The notes beneath the pieces were generated by a model. The model had not been told where the DNA came from. It did not search any database and saw only the letters and a program-made list of their open reading frames with translations. Source: Paraspadella gotoi (taxonomy: Eukaryota > Animalia > Chaetognatha). Taken from it: a stretch of 64,000 nucleotides of DNA. Position numbers and translations under genes: made by a program. Within the stretch, counting starts at the first letter, position 1; each line of letters begins with the position of its first letter. The stretch lies in NCBI GenBank assembly GCA_051294375.1, contig JBJCIZ010000239.1, positions 3,196,964 to 3,260,963 on the forward strand, written 5' to 3'. Below, piece by piece: positions 13,146 through 27,001 of the stretch.

Positions 13146-13942
13146 CCCTATCAATGAAGTAGTATAATACTTCAAAGAATGTTTCAATTATATGAAAAGA
13201 ACACTCACTTAAGTATATTATATATATATATCAGCTTATTAGACATTATGTTTTTACGAATCCTAAAAGAATGACTAATTATCGATTTGAAATTTTATAG
13301 TATTACTATTATTAAAGTTGTATTGAGCAGGTACAATCTATACAATGGCAAAATATATCAATTTAATTTTAAAGCCGTAGAGTAATAATTTTCAGACTCA
13401 GTAATCATTATTTCAAAGACGAAACTCAACCTTAAACAAAATCGCCAATTGTGCTCGTCGTTGGTCAACCATCGAAGCCGAGAAAGGACCGCAACTGGGC
13501 GACAAATGGACCATAAACTGACAAAGGGACCGCAAATCGTCTTCATCGACTTTGGCTACGATTCTGCGGGATTGTTTACTAAGAGAGTGGAACCGTTCAA
13601 TGATCGGGGAATCAATGGAATAAGATGAAATTGGGAATTTAGATAAATCAGTAAAATTAGTTTAATATCATATAATAACTACTTTAGTTAGAACTACAAT
13701 AATCAGGAGAGAAATCATGAAAGTTTAGTACAAATTTGAATCATGACAGACAAAGTCATTGATTGTCTGACTAAACATTGATTTGACTGCTCATTCCAAA
13801 CTGTGACTCATGAAAGAATTTTCACGCCAAACCGACCCTTGGACAATGTTGACACGACGACGACGAAGATAACTGCAACAAAGGCAACACTATTGCCTTG
13901 GTTCCCTTTTGAGTCGGTGACGAGTATATAGATTGCCCACCA

Positions 13943-14018
<76 letters not shown>

Positions 14019-14146
14019 TCTCTTTTCTCTCTCTCTTTTCTCTCTCTTCTTTTCTTTCTCTCTCTCTTTTATTCTGTTTTCATAATTGGGGGAAGAGTGC
14101 AAAACCCCTTAGTTGTGAGAATCACCTTGAAACTTTGGGGGTTTAC

Positions 14147-14190
<44 letters not shown>

Positions 14191-14926
14191 TTCTCTCTCA
14201 CTCTCTCTCTCTCTCTCTCTGCTCTCTCTCTCTTCTCTCTCTTCTCTCTCTCTCACTCTCACTCCATTTTTAAATTTAATTTCCCAATTTATCTATATAA
14301 ACACACACACACACACAAAACAAAAGATAATAAACAATGCCAGAGGCAAACAGAACTAAACGTGAAAAAATATTGTGGTTTCATCGATCGATTTGTTGCG
14401 AACAAAAAGACAACGGATGAAATAAAAAAAGAATCGGGGGGGGGGGAGAAAACAAAAGAGAGAAAAAGAAAAAGAAAAAACAAAAAGTTCCTTTTTTTTC
14501 TTTTCTTTAGGTTTTTTTTTTTTATACTTTTATTTGAAAAATCTCTTCTTTNNNNNNNNNNNNNNNNNNNNNNNNNNNNNNNNNNNNNNNNNNNNNNNNN
14601 NNNNNNNNNNNNNNNNNNNNNNNNNNNNNNNNNNNNNNNNNNNNNNNNNNNNNNNNNNNNNNNNNNNNNNNNNNNNNNNNNNNNNNNNNNNNNNNNNNNN
14701 NNNNNNNNNNNNNNNNNNNNNNNNNNNNNNNNNNNNNNNNNNNNNNNNNNNNNNNNNNNNNNNNNNNNNNNNTAAATATGTTGAATGCAATCATTAAACT
14801 AGGACACGAGCAGCAATTTTATTTGAATTTAGAGAAGACAGAGACAGAGACAGAGACAGAGACAGACAGAGAAAAAGAAAGAAAGAAATAAATAAAAAAA
14901 AGAAAGAAAGAAAGAAAAAGAAAGAA

Positions 14927-14958
<32 letters not shown>

Positions 14959-15054
14959 AAAGAAAGAAGAAAGAAAAGAAGAAGAAAAAAAAAAAGAAAA
15001 GAAAGAAAAAGTCATATCCTCCCACGTCTTGGCGAATTCCATTCTCCACGTCTC

Positions 15055-15120
<66 letters not shown>

Positions 15121-15284
15121 GTCTCTTCTCTCTCTCTCTACTCTCTCCCAATAAATTACCAGATACTGTTTTAACGCATCCAGACAACACTTCCAATATC
15201 GAAGCCGAAACACGTCGCCGTCTTAACAATTTAAAATTCCCCCACGTAATTTGGGACGAACGACCCCGTCTCGTCGTTCGTCGT

Positions 15285-15318
<34 letters not shown>

Positions 15319-15329
15319 TAAAAACTTTC

Positions 15330-15420
15330 GCGGCGTCCCCGTGACGTCACAGGGAGGCGTGGCAGGGGGGCGGGACAGAACATCGGGCGCCGCTGGGATC
15401 AAAGGCCCCGGCGCCGACGA
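15330..15420. promoter_or_regulatory. CRE palindrome plus GC boxes (promoter-like CpG patch)
   Basis: GTGACGTCAC at 15341-15350, followed by GGAGGCGTGGC and GGGGGCGGGAC (Sp/KLF-type). Confidence 0.35.
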
Positions 15421-15423
15421 CAC

Positions 15424-15464
<41 letters not shown>

Positions 15465-15561
15465 TATCTCCGCTTCGAAATTCATCTTCCTTCTCGTTTA
15501 TTATCTTCAAAATTTATGAAGATTCGAAGAAAAATTCGTGTTTTTCTGGTGACGAATTTGA

Positions 15562-15592
<31 letters not shown>

Positions 15593-15855
15593 GGAGAAAT
15601 ATGACTTTTAATGTGAACTTCGTAATTTAATCTCAACTGGAAAAGTTTTAACAATGAGAATACAAAACGAAAATTAAGAATACGAGAGAACGTATTCGTA
15701 CATATTTGAATTTTTTTATTCGTAATTTCGAGGCAAACAGGTTTGAAAAAAAAAGATAATTTCCTTTCTTTTCGTTGCGTTTGGAATATAGAGAAAAGTT
15801 TAAAATTGTATTATGGACCAAATATATATTTCACAACTGTCATTAACTCTCTTTT

Positions 15856-15904
15856 GCGCTGATGAAGGACTGAAGGTGCGTAAATAGAACCGAAACTTGT
15901 CCGT
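15856..15904 (+). ncRNA. Degenerate minimal type I hammerhead ribozyme motif
   Basis: gcg-CTGATGA-a-gg[loop]cc-GAAA-cttg-TC-cgt. The core boxes and GUC triplet are intact; stem I is 3 bp and stem II only 2 bp. Confidence 0.5.
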
Positions 15905-16840
15905 TTATACTATTGTGGTTAAGTGTTCGTTTGGTGAACGAGTTGTATAGTTGTTGTTGTTGTTGTTGTGGTTGTTGTTTAGACCGCTAAACTATCAAAT
16001 AAACTCGCTGCTGCAATACAATTTTAAACTTTTCTCTATAACAATAGTACTAAATATTGTCAATAATTAAGATAAATTTAAAAGCCAGTAACGAAGCAAA
16101 GGAATTGCTTGCCTCCCTTGGTTTGTGCTTGTAACAGCGGCCGAGCGAGGATTTCAACATTACAACCACACATAATGTCCACACATAATGTTCACACATC
16201 TTAAATCGGTTGTTTACTTTTGTAACATCCATATTTTTCTTTCTTCAAAGATAAACTTTATTTCTAGCAGAATTATTAAGAAATGAGGATGTAAAATAAG
16301 ATTTTTTTTAAAAAATTATTATTTTTCGTTCTCAAAGGAAAAAAAATTATGAATTAAAAATAAAACTAAAGCAAAACGAGAGCAAACGGGGCGGAGTCGA
16401 TTCAATGAATAATCCAAATAACATCAACTGAATAATAAACTAAATTTACCCAAACACTAAATTAATAAAATAAAACACGCCCATCTCATGGTAGAAGGAA
16501 GGCAACCCAGTCCACCCCCTCGAAATTACCCCATACAATCCCACCCCCGCGGGCTTTCACCCCTCACGCCATCACGCCAACACGCCATCACGCCAGCGCC
16601 CCCAGTGGCCCACTCCATCTCATTCTCCGGAGGCCAAAAACCATTTGACCGGTTTACGCCAAATTAGCGGCAGATCCCCACGCGCCTTAGAGAAAAGGGA
16701 GAGAGGAGAAGTAGAGAGAGAGAAGAGAGAGAGAGAGAGGAGAGGGAAGAGAGGAGAAGAGAGAGAGAGAGAGAGGAGAGAGGAGAGAGAGATGCTTATT
16801 TTGGGCAGACCCCACGACGTCTCAGGGGTAGGGATTCACT

Positions 16841-16886
<46 letters not shown>

Positions 16887-17288
16887 TCTCTCTCTTCTTT
16901 CTCATTCTCTCTCTCTCTCTCTCCTTTTCCCCTCCGGTTCGCGTTAAATAAATTTATGCACATTCGGTTTTTTAGCCGAGAAAAAAAATAAAAGATGCGA
17001 TGGAAGACTCGAAACTAAAAGGCTTCGCAAAGATAAACAAAACGAGAAAAATAAAAATGTTTTTAACTCGTCTTTTTATTTTTATTTTTTGCCTATTGAC
17101 GTTGAAAATATAAGCAGGAAGCCCAAATGGAATTTAGCAAAATATATATGTGCTGACCAAGAAATGAAAGAAAATGGGTCAGAGTGAGAGAGAGAGAGAG
17201 ATTCTTGATTTTGATTTGATTTATTATGCTCAAAATGTGAAAATTTAACATAAGTTAACAATGCCAATTGTTAATGAGCTGATTACAT

Positions 17289-17925
17289 TAAGGCGTAGTA
17301 AAATTTTCTAAAATTTAACCTTTAATTAAAATTCTAAAAAAGTGAGGAATGAACAACATTATACTAATGAACATTTATGTAATAAAAAATTTTATAATAA
17401 AATTTTCAATTTACGAGTATTGCCATGATTTATACTAGTACTAAACCAATAAATGTTAAAATTTTCAAAACAGTTTTTCTAAGATATTTTTGCAGATTTT
17501 GGATTCGTCATAAAAAGTTTGTGATAAAAGAATATAACTCTTTTGAAAAATTCCTTCATTAAGTGCGGTCAAAAATTAGAAAAAAGCTATATTTTAAGCT
17601 GAAAATAACTTTTTATATAATTAATATAGTTTTTTTAATTCTTAACCCAATAATTGCAAAGAAGAATTTTAAAATGATTTATAATTTTCTTTTTATCAAC
17701 TTTTGACGAGAATTCAAATCCTGGGCAATCAAAATTTAAGAAAAGCCTATTTGAAATTTTTTTGATTTTTAAGGATAGTACTATATATAAATTATAGCCT
17801 GACTGCCGAAATTAAAAAAACATAAAATTAAATTTTTTTACAAATTAGATGTTCACTGATGCGTATGTCTTCGCTTCATAATGACATTTTAGAATTTTCG
17901 TAATATTAACTTTCACTACGCCTTA
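17289..17925. mobile_element. Non-autonomous hAT-type MITE, copy 1
   Basis: TIRs TAAGGCGTAGT...ACTACGCCTTA; colinear with 61665-62274; absent from the homologous site in the right arm (~30315). Degenerate TSD ctgattacat/ctgcatacat. Confidence 0.85.
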
Positions 17926-18189
17926 CTGCATACATATATATGGATGTACAGAGAGAGAGAGAGGAAAGAGAAAGAGAGAGAGAGAGGAGAGAGGGAGGAG
18001 AGACGAGAGAAAGAGAGAGAGAAAAACAAAAAGACAAGAAAAAGAAAGAAAAGAAAGAAAGAAAAAAAAAGAACAGAAAGAAGAAAGAAAGAAAGAAAGA
18101 AAGAAAAGGGGAAAAGAAAGAAAAGAAAAGAAGAAAGAAAGAAAGAAGACACCCGTCCCTCAGAGTCGTCGTAAAGTGTTTTGCCAGCA

Positions 18190-18203
18190 CCTCCAGGGGG
18201 CAG
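18190..18203 (+). promoter_or_regulatory. CTCF-like motif
   Basis: CCTCCAGGGGGCAG fits the CCWSYAGRKGGCRS core; the counterpart in the inverted arm is CCGCCAGAGGGGCA (~30056-30069, minus). Confidence 0.3.
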
Positions 18204-18240
18204 ATACTTTTCTTCTCTCCTCTCTCTCTCTCTCTCTCCT

Positions 18241-18296
<56 letters not shown>

Positions 18297-18915
18297 AAAA
18301 TACATAATTCTGGCTCTCCGTCTCTTCCTCTCTTCGCTCTGGGTCATCTGATCCAAGAGTTGAAAAGTCAAAGAGTTGGACAAAGTTGTTTTTGCAATTG
18401 AGCATTGCAGATTGCAGAAGGCGTGAAGCATTGCAGGAGCAGGAGCAGGAGCATTGCACTCAGGCTCAATAATAGAATAAAATGAATATATCAGGGTGAA
18501 TAAACTAAATAAAATTTGAATGTAGCATTTAAATTAGACCAGTGTATAAGAATTGAGGTGTTTGTTACATAGTGCTGAGAAAGAATGGATTAACGTGACG
18601 TGGCGTTGCGTAGCGTTGCGTAACGTGGCGCAACGTGGCGTAGCGTAGTGGCGAAGGTCGATAGTGGGAAATCGCTCAAGTTATGCGAGACGCCGGAAAT
18701 TCTATCGAAGAAGCGGGGATTCCGGAACGACGGGGGGGATGGAGATATTTTAGAGGAGGAGGGGTAAGGAGGGGGTCGGGAGTGATAAAGGGGTGTTGAA
18801 GGTGATCAACGTTTGAGTTATGATTGACCCGGAAAATGAAGAGATGATGTGATCCACAATCAAAACAAGTATCGCATTTCTAAAATCGAGAGGAAGAGAG
18901 GCCAACCTGGATTGA

Positions 18916-18982
<67 letters not shown>

Positions 18983-20974
18983 CTTCTTTTTCTTATTCAG
19001 ACGAAAACATCCGTTGACCGACCCGAATCGAATTGCGAGACAAAATATTTAAAAATCATATCTTCAGAATAAAATTCTCAGCCGTATAGTCTTAAAATAA
19101 TTTAATTTCAATTATTATCTATTAACAATAATATCGATTAACGTTAATAAAGATTACATCTTTAAATCAAATTGCGTCTCGACAGAATGGTAACAAAAAT
19201 AAATGAAAAAAAATCTAGGAAAAAAAAAAGAAAAGAAATAAAAAAAAAAAGGTTTTCATTCCGTCTGATCAAAACAGGTTAACGATGCTTCCCTTTTAAC
19301 CGTTTATCGAGTTTAAGGTTTCTTACAACGTTTCCAAATCGATTAAGTTCCCAGCTCAGATTTACCAATAAACAGTAAACGAGCAAAAATCAGTTGCTAA
19401 TGAATAAAGTCCACGAATGAGCTTACGTTCTCTTCAAAGGATCTGTCCCTCTCCATCTCGAAAAAAAAATATAAAAAAAAAGAATAAAAAAATCTGGGGA
19501 CAAACCGCTGTTCGAAAGACGAGGTCTCGAGACTTTTCGAGCCAATTAGACCCTCGAATATGACAGCCGAATATGATGACACTCCAGGGGAGGCCGCGGG
19601 GCCGGCGCGGCGCGAGGGGCCCAAGCCGTCCCGGCACGGGGGCCGAATATTAATAATCATAAGCGAAGTTGGAGGAAAAATAAAAAAAACGTTTAAACAC
19701 AAACGCGATTAGGGAGAAACAATTCGAAGGAGTATTTTTAAAAAAACATTAATTCTTTACAATGCTTCATTAGTTGTTTTTTTTTTGGGGGGGGGCTATC
19801 GAAAAAAATGTTTTTAATTGAACATTTTTTCAAAAAGAGATTTATTTACAATAATTTCTCACATCCCTACATCATTTTTCTTCATTCCACAAAACATCTC
19901 TCAGCTTTCATTCCCCCCATTCTCCATCCCCTCACTTCGACCTCCTGGATTTTCTTCATCTCTCTTTACATCTCGGCCAGACCGACAGACCGACAGACCG
20001 ACCGACCGAGCCATTAAATCTCGAGCGTAAAAAAAAATCCTAATCATTAACTTTGAATAACCTTAACAAAAAAAGAAATCAGTCACTTAAGTTTACTCAC
20101 TTTATTTTTTTAAACCGGATAATACCGAAAATCTCATTTGAATGTTCCGATGTTATGACTTTTTTGGTTGTCGCTCTAATGAAATGACAGTATAGTTTAT
20201 TTTACAAGGTTATCCCCTTTGAACTGTCAGTTTTTTGTTGCCTTCTTAGTTATAACTTCGTCGTTGTTGTCGTCGTCGTCGTCGTCGTCGTCGTCGTTTC
20301 TCGTCATCGTCGACTTCGTCCAGAACGACGTCATCGGCCCTCATGCGGCGCCGTCGGGATTGATGGCGATCCTGGCGGCGGAAATAATGGAGCGCCGATG
20401 GTCGGTCTTTGTCGTTGTTGTCGTCGTCGTCGTCGTCGTCGGCGTGGAGCGAGGTAAGGCAGAAAAGGGTAAGGGAGCTTCGCCGGTTTTCGAGGTATTG
20501 GGGTCAGTAGAACGGGTACCGGGGTTCCAGGGGCGACGGCGGCGGAAGAGGAATTGCAGGGGACCGTGGAGGGGGGGGCGGGGGGGATGGTAAGTTTAAG
20601 AGAAAAGGTAAGGTTTGATTTGAAACGAGTTTGGTAAGGATCTCGTGCCGTTTTAGGATTGCGGTGTTGGTTTCGGACTAATATGATAATCAGAATATAT
20701 TTTACTATATCTTGGTATTCTAGCGTGGTACTTTATGCTATCTTACTATTTTATTAATATCATTCGTTGTTTATTTCCGAACTCGACTAATGGAACATAA
20801 TTTGTTTATTTTTTCAAGTATTCGACGATATCTTTACAAAACTTAACTTACCAACTTACAACAAACTTACCGACTTCCTTCGTGATCCGCAAAGGAAGCT
20901 AAAAACAAACCTCCACGCCGCAAAATGACGCCGGTTTACCGGCGCCTGTCTCAAGAATCGGCACCACGATGGAA

Positions 20975-21043
<69 letters not shown>

Positions 21044-21325
21044 CACATATCGCCCGGTCCACCGGCGCTGACCGCGTTAACGGCGTCTTTTACGATCTCC
21101 GTTCCCCGCTGGTCACCGGCGTCGTTACGAGAACGACGACGCCGACGACGACGACGACGACGACGCCGATCGTAACGATCTCAAAGCGAGAGTCCGAGTC
21201 TGCGCTTAATGTCCTTTCGCTTTTGACGTCGTTTCCGTCGACTCCACGCGGTCGCGGAGAGGATCGTGAGTTACAATCCGGCGCCGATTCCCATTGGAGC
21301 CGGCGGCTGGGGGGAGGGGGGCGTT

Positions 21326-21397
21326 TGGCGGGCGACTGGCGGGCGACTGGCGGGCGACTGGCGGGCGACTGGCGGGCGACTGGCGGGCGACTGGCGG
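21326..21397 (+). repeat. GC-rich 11-bp tandem repeat (TGGCGGGCGAC) x~6
   Basis: Read directly; mirrored at ~21975-22042. Confidence 0.85.
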
Positions 21398-22327
21398 CGC
21401 TAAGGTGACTCGCGTCCATTAGACTCGGCGATTCTGTCGTCGAAGCGAAATTTGCTGAGTCGAGGTCGATGATGATTTCGAAGTCGTCGTCTTCGTCGTC
21501 GTCGTCGTCGTCGTCGTGTAAAGGCCGAAGGGGAACTGAATGAGGGCAAGACGATGACACGACAATCAAGACGACCGACGACGACGACGGACAAGACCGA
21601 CAGGATGCAATGAGGACGACAACGACAACAACAACGAAGACGACTACGACGACGACCAATGACGACGACGAAGACGGACGACGACGACGACGACGAACGA
21701 CGAAGACGGACGACGAAGACGAAGACGCGACGAAGACGACGACGACGACGACGATAACGAAGACGACGACGAAGAACGACGACGAAGACTGGACGACGAG
21801 ACGAAGACGACGACGACGCGAAGACGACCGACGACCGACGACGACGACGAGCAGAAGACGACGACCTTGCGAAAGTCATCATCGACCTCGACTCAGCGAG
21901 ATTTCGCTTTCGACGCACAAATTCGCGAGTCTAATGGACGCGAGTCACCTTAGCGCCGCCCAGATGCGCCGCGCAGTCGCCGCCAGTCGCCCGCCTAGTC
22001 GCCCGCCAGGTCGCCGCCAGGTCGCCCGCCAGTCGCCCGCCAAACGCCCCCCCCAGCGCGGCTCGCAATGGGAATCGGCCGTCCGGATTGTAACTCACGA
22101 TCCTCTCCGCGACCGCGTGGAGTCGACGGAACGACGTCAAAAGCGAAAGGACATAAGCGCAGACTCGCGACTCTGCTTTGAGATCGTTACGATCGGCCGT
22201 CGTCGTCGTCGTCGTCGTCGCGTCGTCGTTTCGTAACGAAGCGCCCTGGGACCAGCGGGGGAACGAGAATCTAAGAAGAGCCGTTAACGCGTCAGCGCCG
22301 GGGACGGCCACCCCCACAGGGCGATAG

Positions 22328-22361
<34 letters not shown>

Positions 22362-23343
22362 GAAGAGAGAGAAGAGAGAGCGAGAGAGAGAAGAGATGAG
22401 AGAGAGAGGAGAGAGACAAAGAGAGAGAAGAGAGAGACATTATATTTCCATCGTTGGTGCCGATTCTTGAACAGGCGCCGGGTTAAACCGGCTCATTTTG
22501 CGCGTGGAGGTTTTTTTAGCTTCCTTTGCGGATCACGAGGAATCGGTGAAGTTTGTTGTGAAGTGGTAGTTTAAGTTTTGTAAAGATATCGTCGAATACT
22601 TGAAAATAGAACAAATTATTGTTCCATTTAGTTGCGAGGTTCGGAAGATTAAACAACGAATGATAGTTAATAAAAATAGTAAGATAGCATAAAGAGTACC
22701 ACTAGGAAAGACCAAATGATTGCTAAAATATATTCTGATTATCATATTATTCCGAAACCAACACCGCAATCTAAAACGGCACGAAGATCCTTACCAAACT
22801 CGTCTCAAATCAAACCTTACCTTTTCTCTTAAACTTACCATCCCCCCGCCCCCCCCCCCCCCCCACGGGTCCCCTGCAATTCGCTCTTCCGGCCGCCTCC
22901 CCCTGAACCCCGGGTACCCTTCTAACTGACCAATAGCTCGAAAACCGCGAAGGCTCCCTTACCCGTTTCGTGCCTTACCTCGCTCCAAGCGACGACGACA
23001 CGACGACGGAACGCGACGACGACACAACAACAAACGACAAAGACCGACCATCGCGCTCCATTATTTCGCCGCCAGACGCCATCATCCCGACGGCGCCGCA
23101 TTGAGTGCGATTGACGATGCGAGATGACGAAAACGACGACCGACGACGACGACGACGACGACGACGAGTATAACTAAGAAGCAACAAAAAAAACGACAGT
23201 TCAAAGGATAACCTTGTAAAATAAACTATAACTGTCATATCATTAGAGCGACAACCAAAAGTCATAACATCGAAACATTGGCAAATGAGATTTTCGGTAT
23301 TATTGGTTTAAAAAAATAAAGTGAGTAAACTTGAGTGTACTGA

Positions 23344-26300
23344 TTTTTTATCGAGCCTTGACGGCGAAGCCGCGTAGGCTCTATAATGTTTTAGGGTTGC
23401 TCTTGTGTGACGTCGTCGTCGTCTCGTTCGGGTCACGCTGTTTTCATAGTATAAAAACTACTACGCTTTTATAGGTTGGCTGCTGACTTACCGTTTTTTT
23501 TAAAATTTAAAAATTTTATGAATTATGATAAAGTTTTACAAAGTGTGCGATCATAGTAAGTTAAAAATTTTAGAATATGGCCTTTTCATCTGAAATAGCC
23601 GTTGTGATTTTTCATATTACATTTGATTTAAGATTTTTGTTTGAAATCCACTTCATTATGATTTACTGCATAGCAAATGAGATTATAGTACTCATTATAG
23701 TAATATTCAAATTATGATATAAAATGCTATTAGCTAATTTAACATATTGCCAGTAGTATAATATGAAGATGAAATGTCAAAAATTTTTTTAAATCTATAA
23801 AAATGGGAACTTCAAAGGATTTTTTTAATGAGAGCTATATCTTAATTTTTAATACAAATAAAAATTTAAAATCTTTTACAAAGCTGCGATTGGGAAAAAA
23901 TTGAAATTTTCCAATGTAAACCATTGTAACATTTTTTGCCTTTCTTTTATTTATTTTTTAATTAATGACACAATGAAAAATGGCGACGTTACTGTTCCGT
24001 CCATAAAAAAAATCACTGTTCAAATATTAATTCTTTATTTTTTGAAACGTTATAGTTTCATATGCTGATATCAAAATTCAATTGCAAAATCTGTTTTTTG
24101 TTTTTTTATATGACTGAATATGGTGAAAGATGATAAATTTTAAAAAAAGTTACTTATTCATATTTATTCATAGATTAATAGAAAAAAATAAAAAAAATAA
24201 TAGACTAATAGTTAGTTTATGTCTCAAAAGATGGAAAAAAAAAACTTCATTTAAAAATTCGATCGGGAAGTGGAGGTAACTAAGCTTCCAATGGCATCCT
24301 CCACGCCGATTGATTCTCTCAAATAATTTTTTTTATTTAATACTTTGAAAGGGAAAAAAGAAAATTTGGAATGCAGGTTGCAGAAGGTTACGATATCTGG
24401 ACTTATTGATCATGATAACCATGACTTTTAATTATCTTGTGAAATAGGCGGCAGTAAAGAAATTTAAAAAATTTCATCTTAAGTCAGTCAATGAACCCTT
24501 TCCAATGGCTATTACGCATTAAATATTTTTTCTTAATTAAATGGATGATAAATAATTAAAATTAAATTCCTTGCTATATTTAAAAAAAATTATCAATACA
24601 AATTAATACGAATTGATGTTTCTTGTCAATATGTTACCAGCTATTAATTTTTTACAATATAAATATGATAAACAAGCAATTGTGTCAAGGCTTTATGTTG
24701 CAGTTAAAATAATGAAAAATGACAATTTTTTTTCACAACAAGAAGTTAGATGTGCCAGACTTTATTTATCAAGCTTTAAACATTGTATTATATCATTTTT
24801 AATATTTAAAAATATATTTTATCATGCTACAACATAAATTTTGCTTGTTTTTACTTAACTGAAAAAAACAAATTTATGGAATAAAAAAAATTTTAAATAA
24901 TAAACAAAATTTTAATTCAGTCTTTCTTTTTCAAAATTACAAAAAGAAAAAGAAAAAATTCATATGTCTTCATTGGGAAATTTTTAAAGCAAAAAACTGT
25001 TGTATACTTTTAACTCTATTAAACAAAACTGTGTAAAGATTTATGCGATTTAATTTAATAAAACTCTTTTAGAAAGGTGTCCCATTTAGGGCTTTAATTG
25101 ATACCACATCCACTTGCTACCTCTTTTCTTTCAAAAGTTATTTAAAAAAAAATAACGTTTTTTAAATTACGCAGTACAAATCTTTGTTAAATAAAAATTT
25201 CGGCCAAAGCGGGGAGTATCTCACTTATTTTGTTGGTACAATACTTAAATTTCAAAAATAAAACTGGAAGAAAATTTTTTTGTCATTTGAGAGACATATC
25301 ACGTCAGATGTACCCCTGTATATAATTTATTATTTATTGCCCCCAAAAAGCCAATTAGAAAAGTTGAATTTTTTCAAATGTTGGTGAAAAAAATTTCAGC
25401 CGACTATGCTCATTGAGAATAATGTTTGCCATAGAAATAAAATATCAAAAAAAATAAAAAAAATCAGCCTTAGAAAATCGAGCCTAGGAGGCTGATTTTT
25501 TAGAATTGCCAAAAATTTTTCCTGACTCATAATCCATGTATTCTCAAGTTCAAAATTATTTTTTTCCAAATCATTCAATCAATTTTTTTTTATTAATTTA
25601 AAATGATGTTTTTATGATGTGTTTTGTTTTGAAAGAATTGAAAAAAGTGAAAAACTATATAATTTATATAAGGTTTTGAACAATACCTTTTAAATATTAA
25701 ATATTATACACAAGGGGAGTAACAAGAAAACTCCCATTTCAAAAGAAAATTGAAATTAATTGTCTATTGATTATTTAGATTAATTGGGGACGTAAAAAAT
25801 TAACAAAAAACCCAATAATGATTCAATATTAAATGAGGAAATGAGGGTGAAAAAATATTTGCATTGTTCGTCGGTTAACTTATTAGTTATCGTTAAAGTT
25901 TGTTTTAATAATATTAATATTTTTTTGCATTTATAAAAGCAAGGTCTAAAATTTGTAAGCTTTCGAGCTAATTGCTCATCTTTTACTAATTTTTGATTCT
26001 AGTTAGCTTTTTGTTGGATGGTCAAGGGTTATGGGTCATGGATTACTATACATGTACAGTAGTGTATATCGTCACATATTACCAAAAGGTAGTGATCATT
26101 AATTCTGTCAGAAACGATTTTAAGGGACAAAATCGTAGCAGCCGAGGACCGTTTCGCGCATGTTATTTTTCTTATGATGTCTCTATATTATATTTTCTTT
26201 AGGCGCTGCCTTTTCTGTAGTATCGTTTAAAAAACGAGTTCAGTTTCTCTCTGCTCTCTTTGTGTGGAATCTCTTGCGTGATCGTTCGTTTTTGAAAAAA

Positions 26301-26820
26301 TTCTGATTATTTTTTCTTTCTAAAACATATATATTTGATCAGGCGTGCCTTTTTCTGAATCGTTTAAAAAAAAACGAGTTCAGGCGCTTCATCCTCTCCC
26401 TCTCAGTCTCCTCCGTTCTCTCTCTCTCTCTCTGCTCTCTCTCTCTTTTTTTAACAAAAAAAAAAATTATTCACTTTGTTTTACCACCGTTTTTTTGAAA
26501 AATCGTTATTATTTCTTTCCTTCTAAAAACTTTTATTATCGCCATTTATTCCGCGCTTCTTTCTCAAACAAAATCCCAAATTTAACATCTGAGGGGATTT
26601 TCGTGTTTTTGGAGTAAATGTGAAGTAATAAGCTAACTTCACCTGGATTTCGTGGCCTTGCGGTGGCAACGAGTAGAAACCAATGTCGAGGAACGATGAC
26701 TAATAACGGGTTACTGTGTATAAAAAGAAATCAACTTGACCGAGATCACGCGAATATTAAACAGAGAGTGACGCCTAAATTGCGTATCGTGGCGGGGAAA
26801 ACTTTCCTCTCTCTTCTCTG

Positions 26821-26867
<47 letters not shown>

Positions 26868-26969
26868 TCTCTCTCGTCTCTCTCTCCTCTCACTCTCTCT
26901 CTTTTTTTTTTTTTACAAAAAAAAAATTATCACTTGTAATAGAGTAACACGTGTTCGTCTCTCTCTCGG

Positions 26970-27001
<32 letters not shown>

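Noticed and set aside
13470-13560. Possible miRNA hairpin around repeated ggaccgcaa
   Set aside because: The repeats are direct, not inverted; no stable stem or recognised mature miRNA.
16594-16610. GCCACTGGGGGCGCTG as a CTCF site
   Set aside because: One base short of the core spacing in both arms, so a poor fit.
21517-21545. Sequencing adapter at the palindrome centre
   Set aside because: It does not match the SMRTbell adapter as recalled; it is a degraded reverse unit of the 31.2 kb minisatellite.
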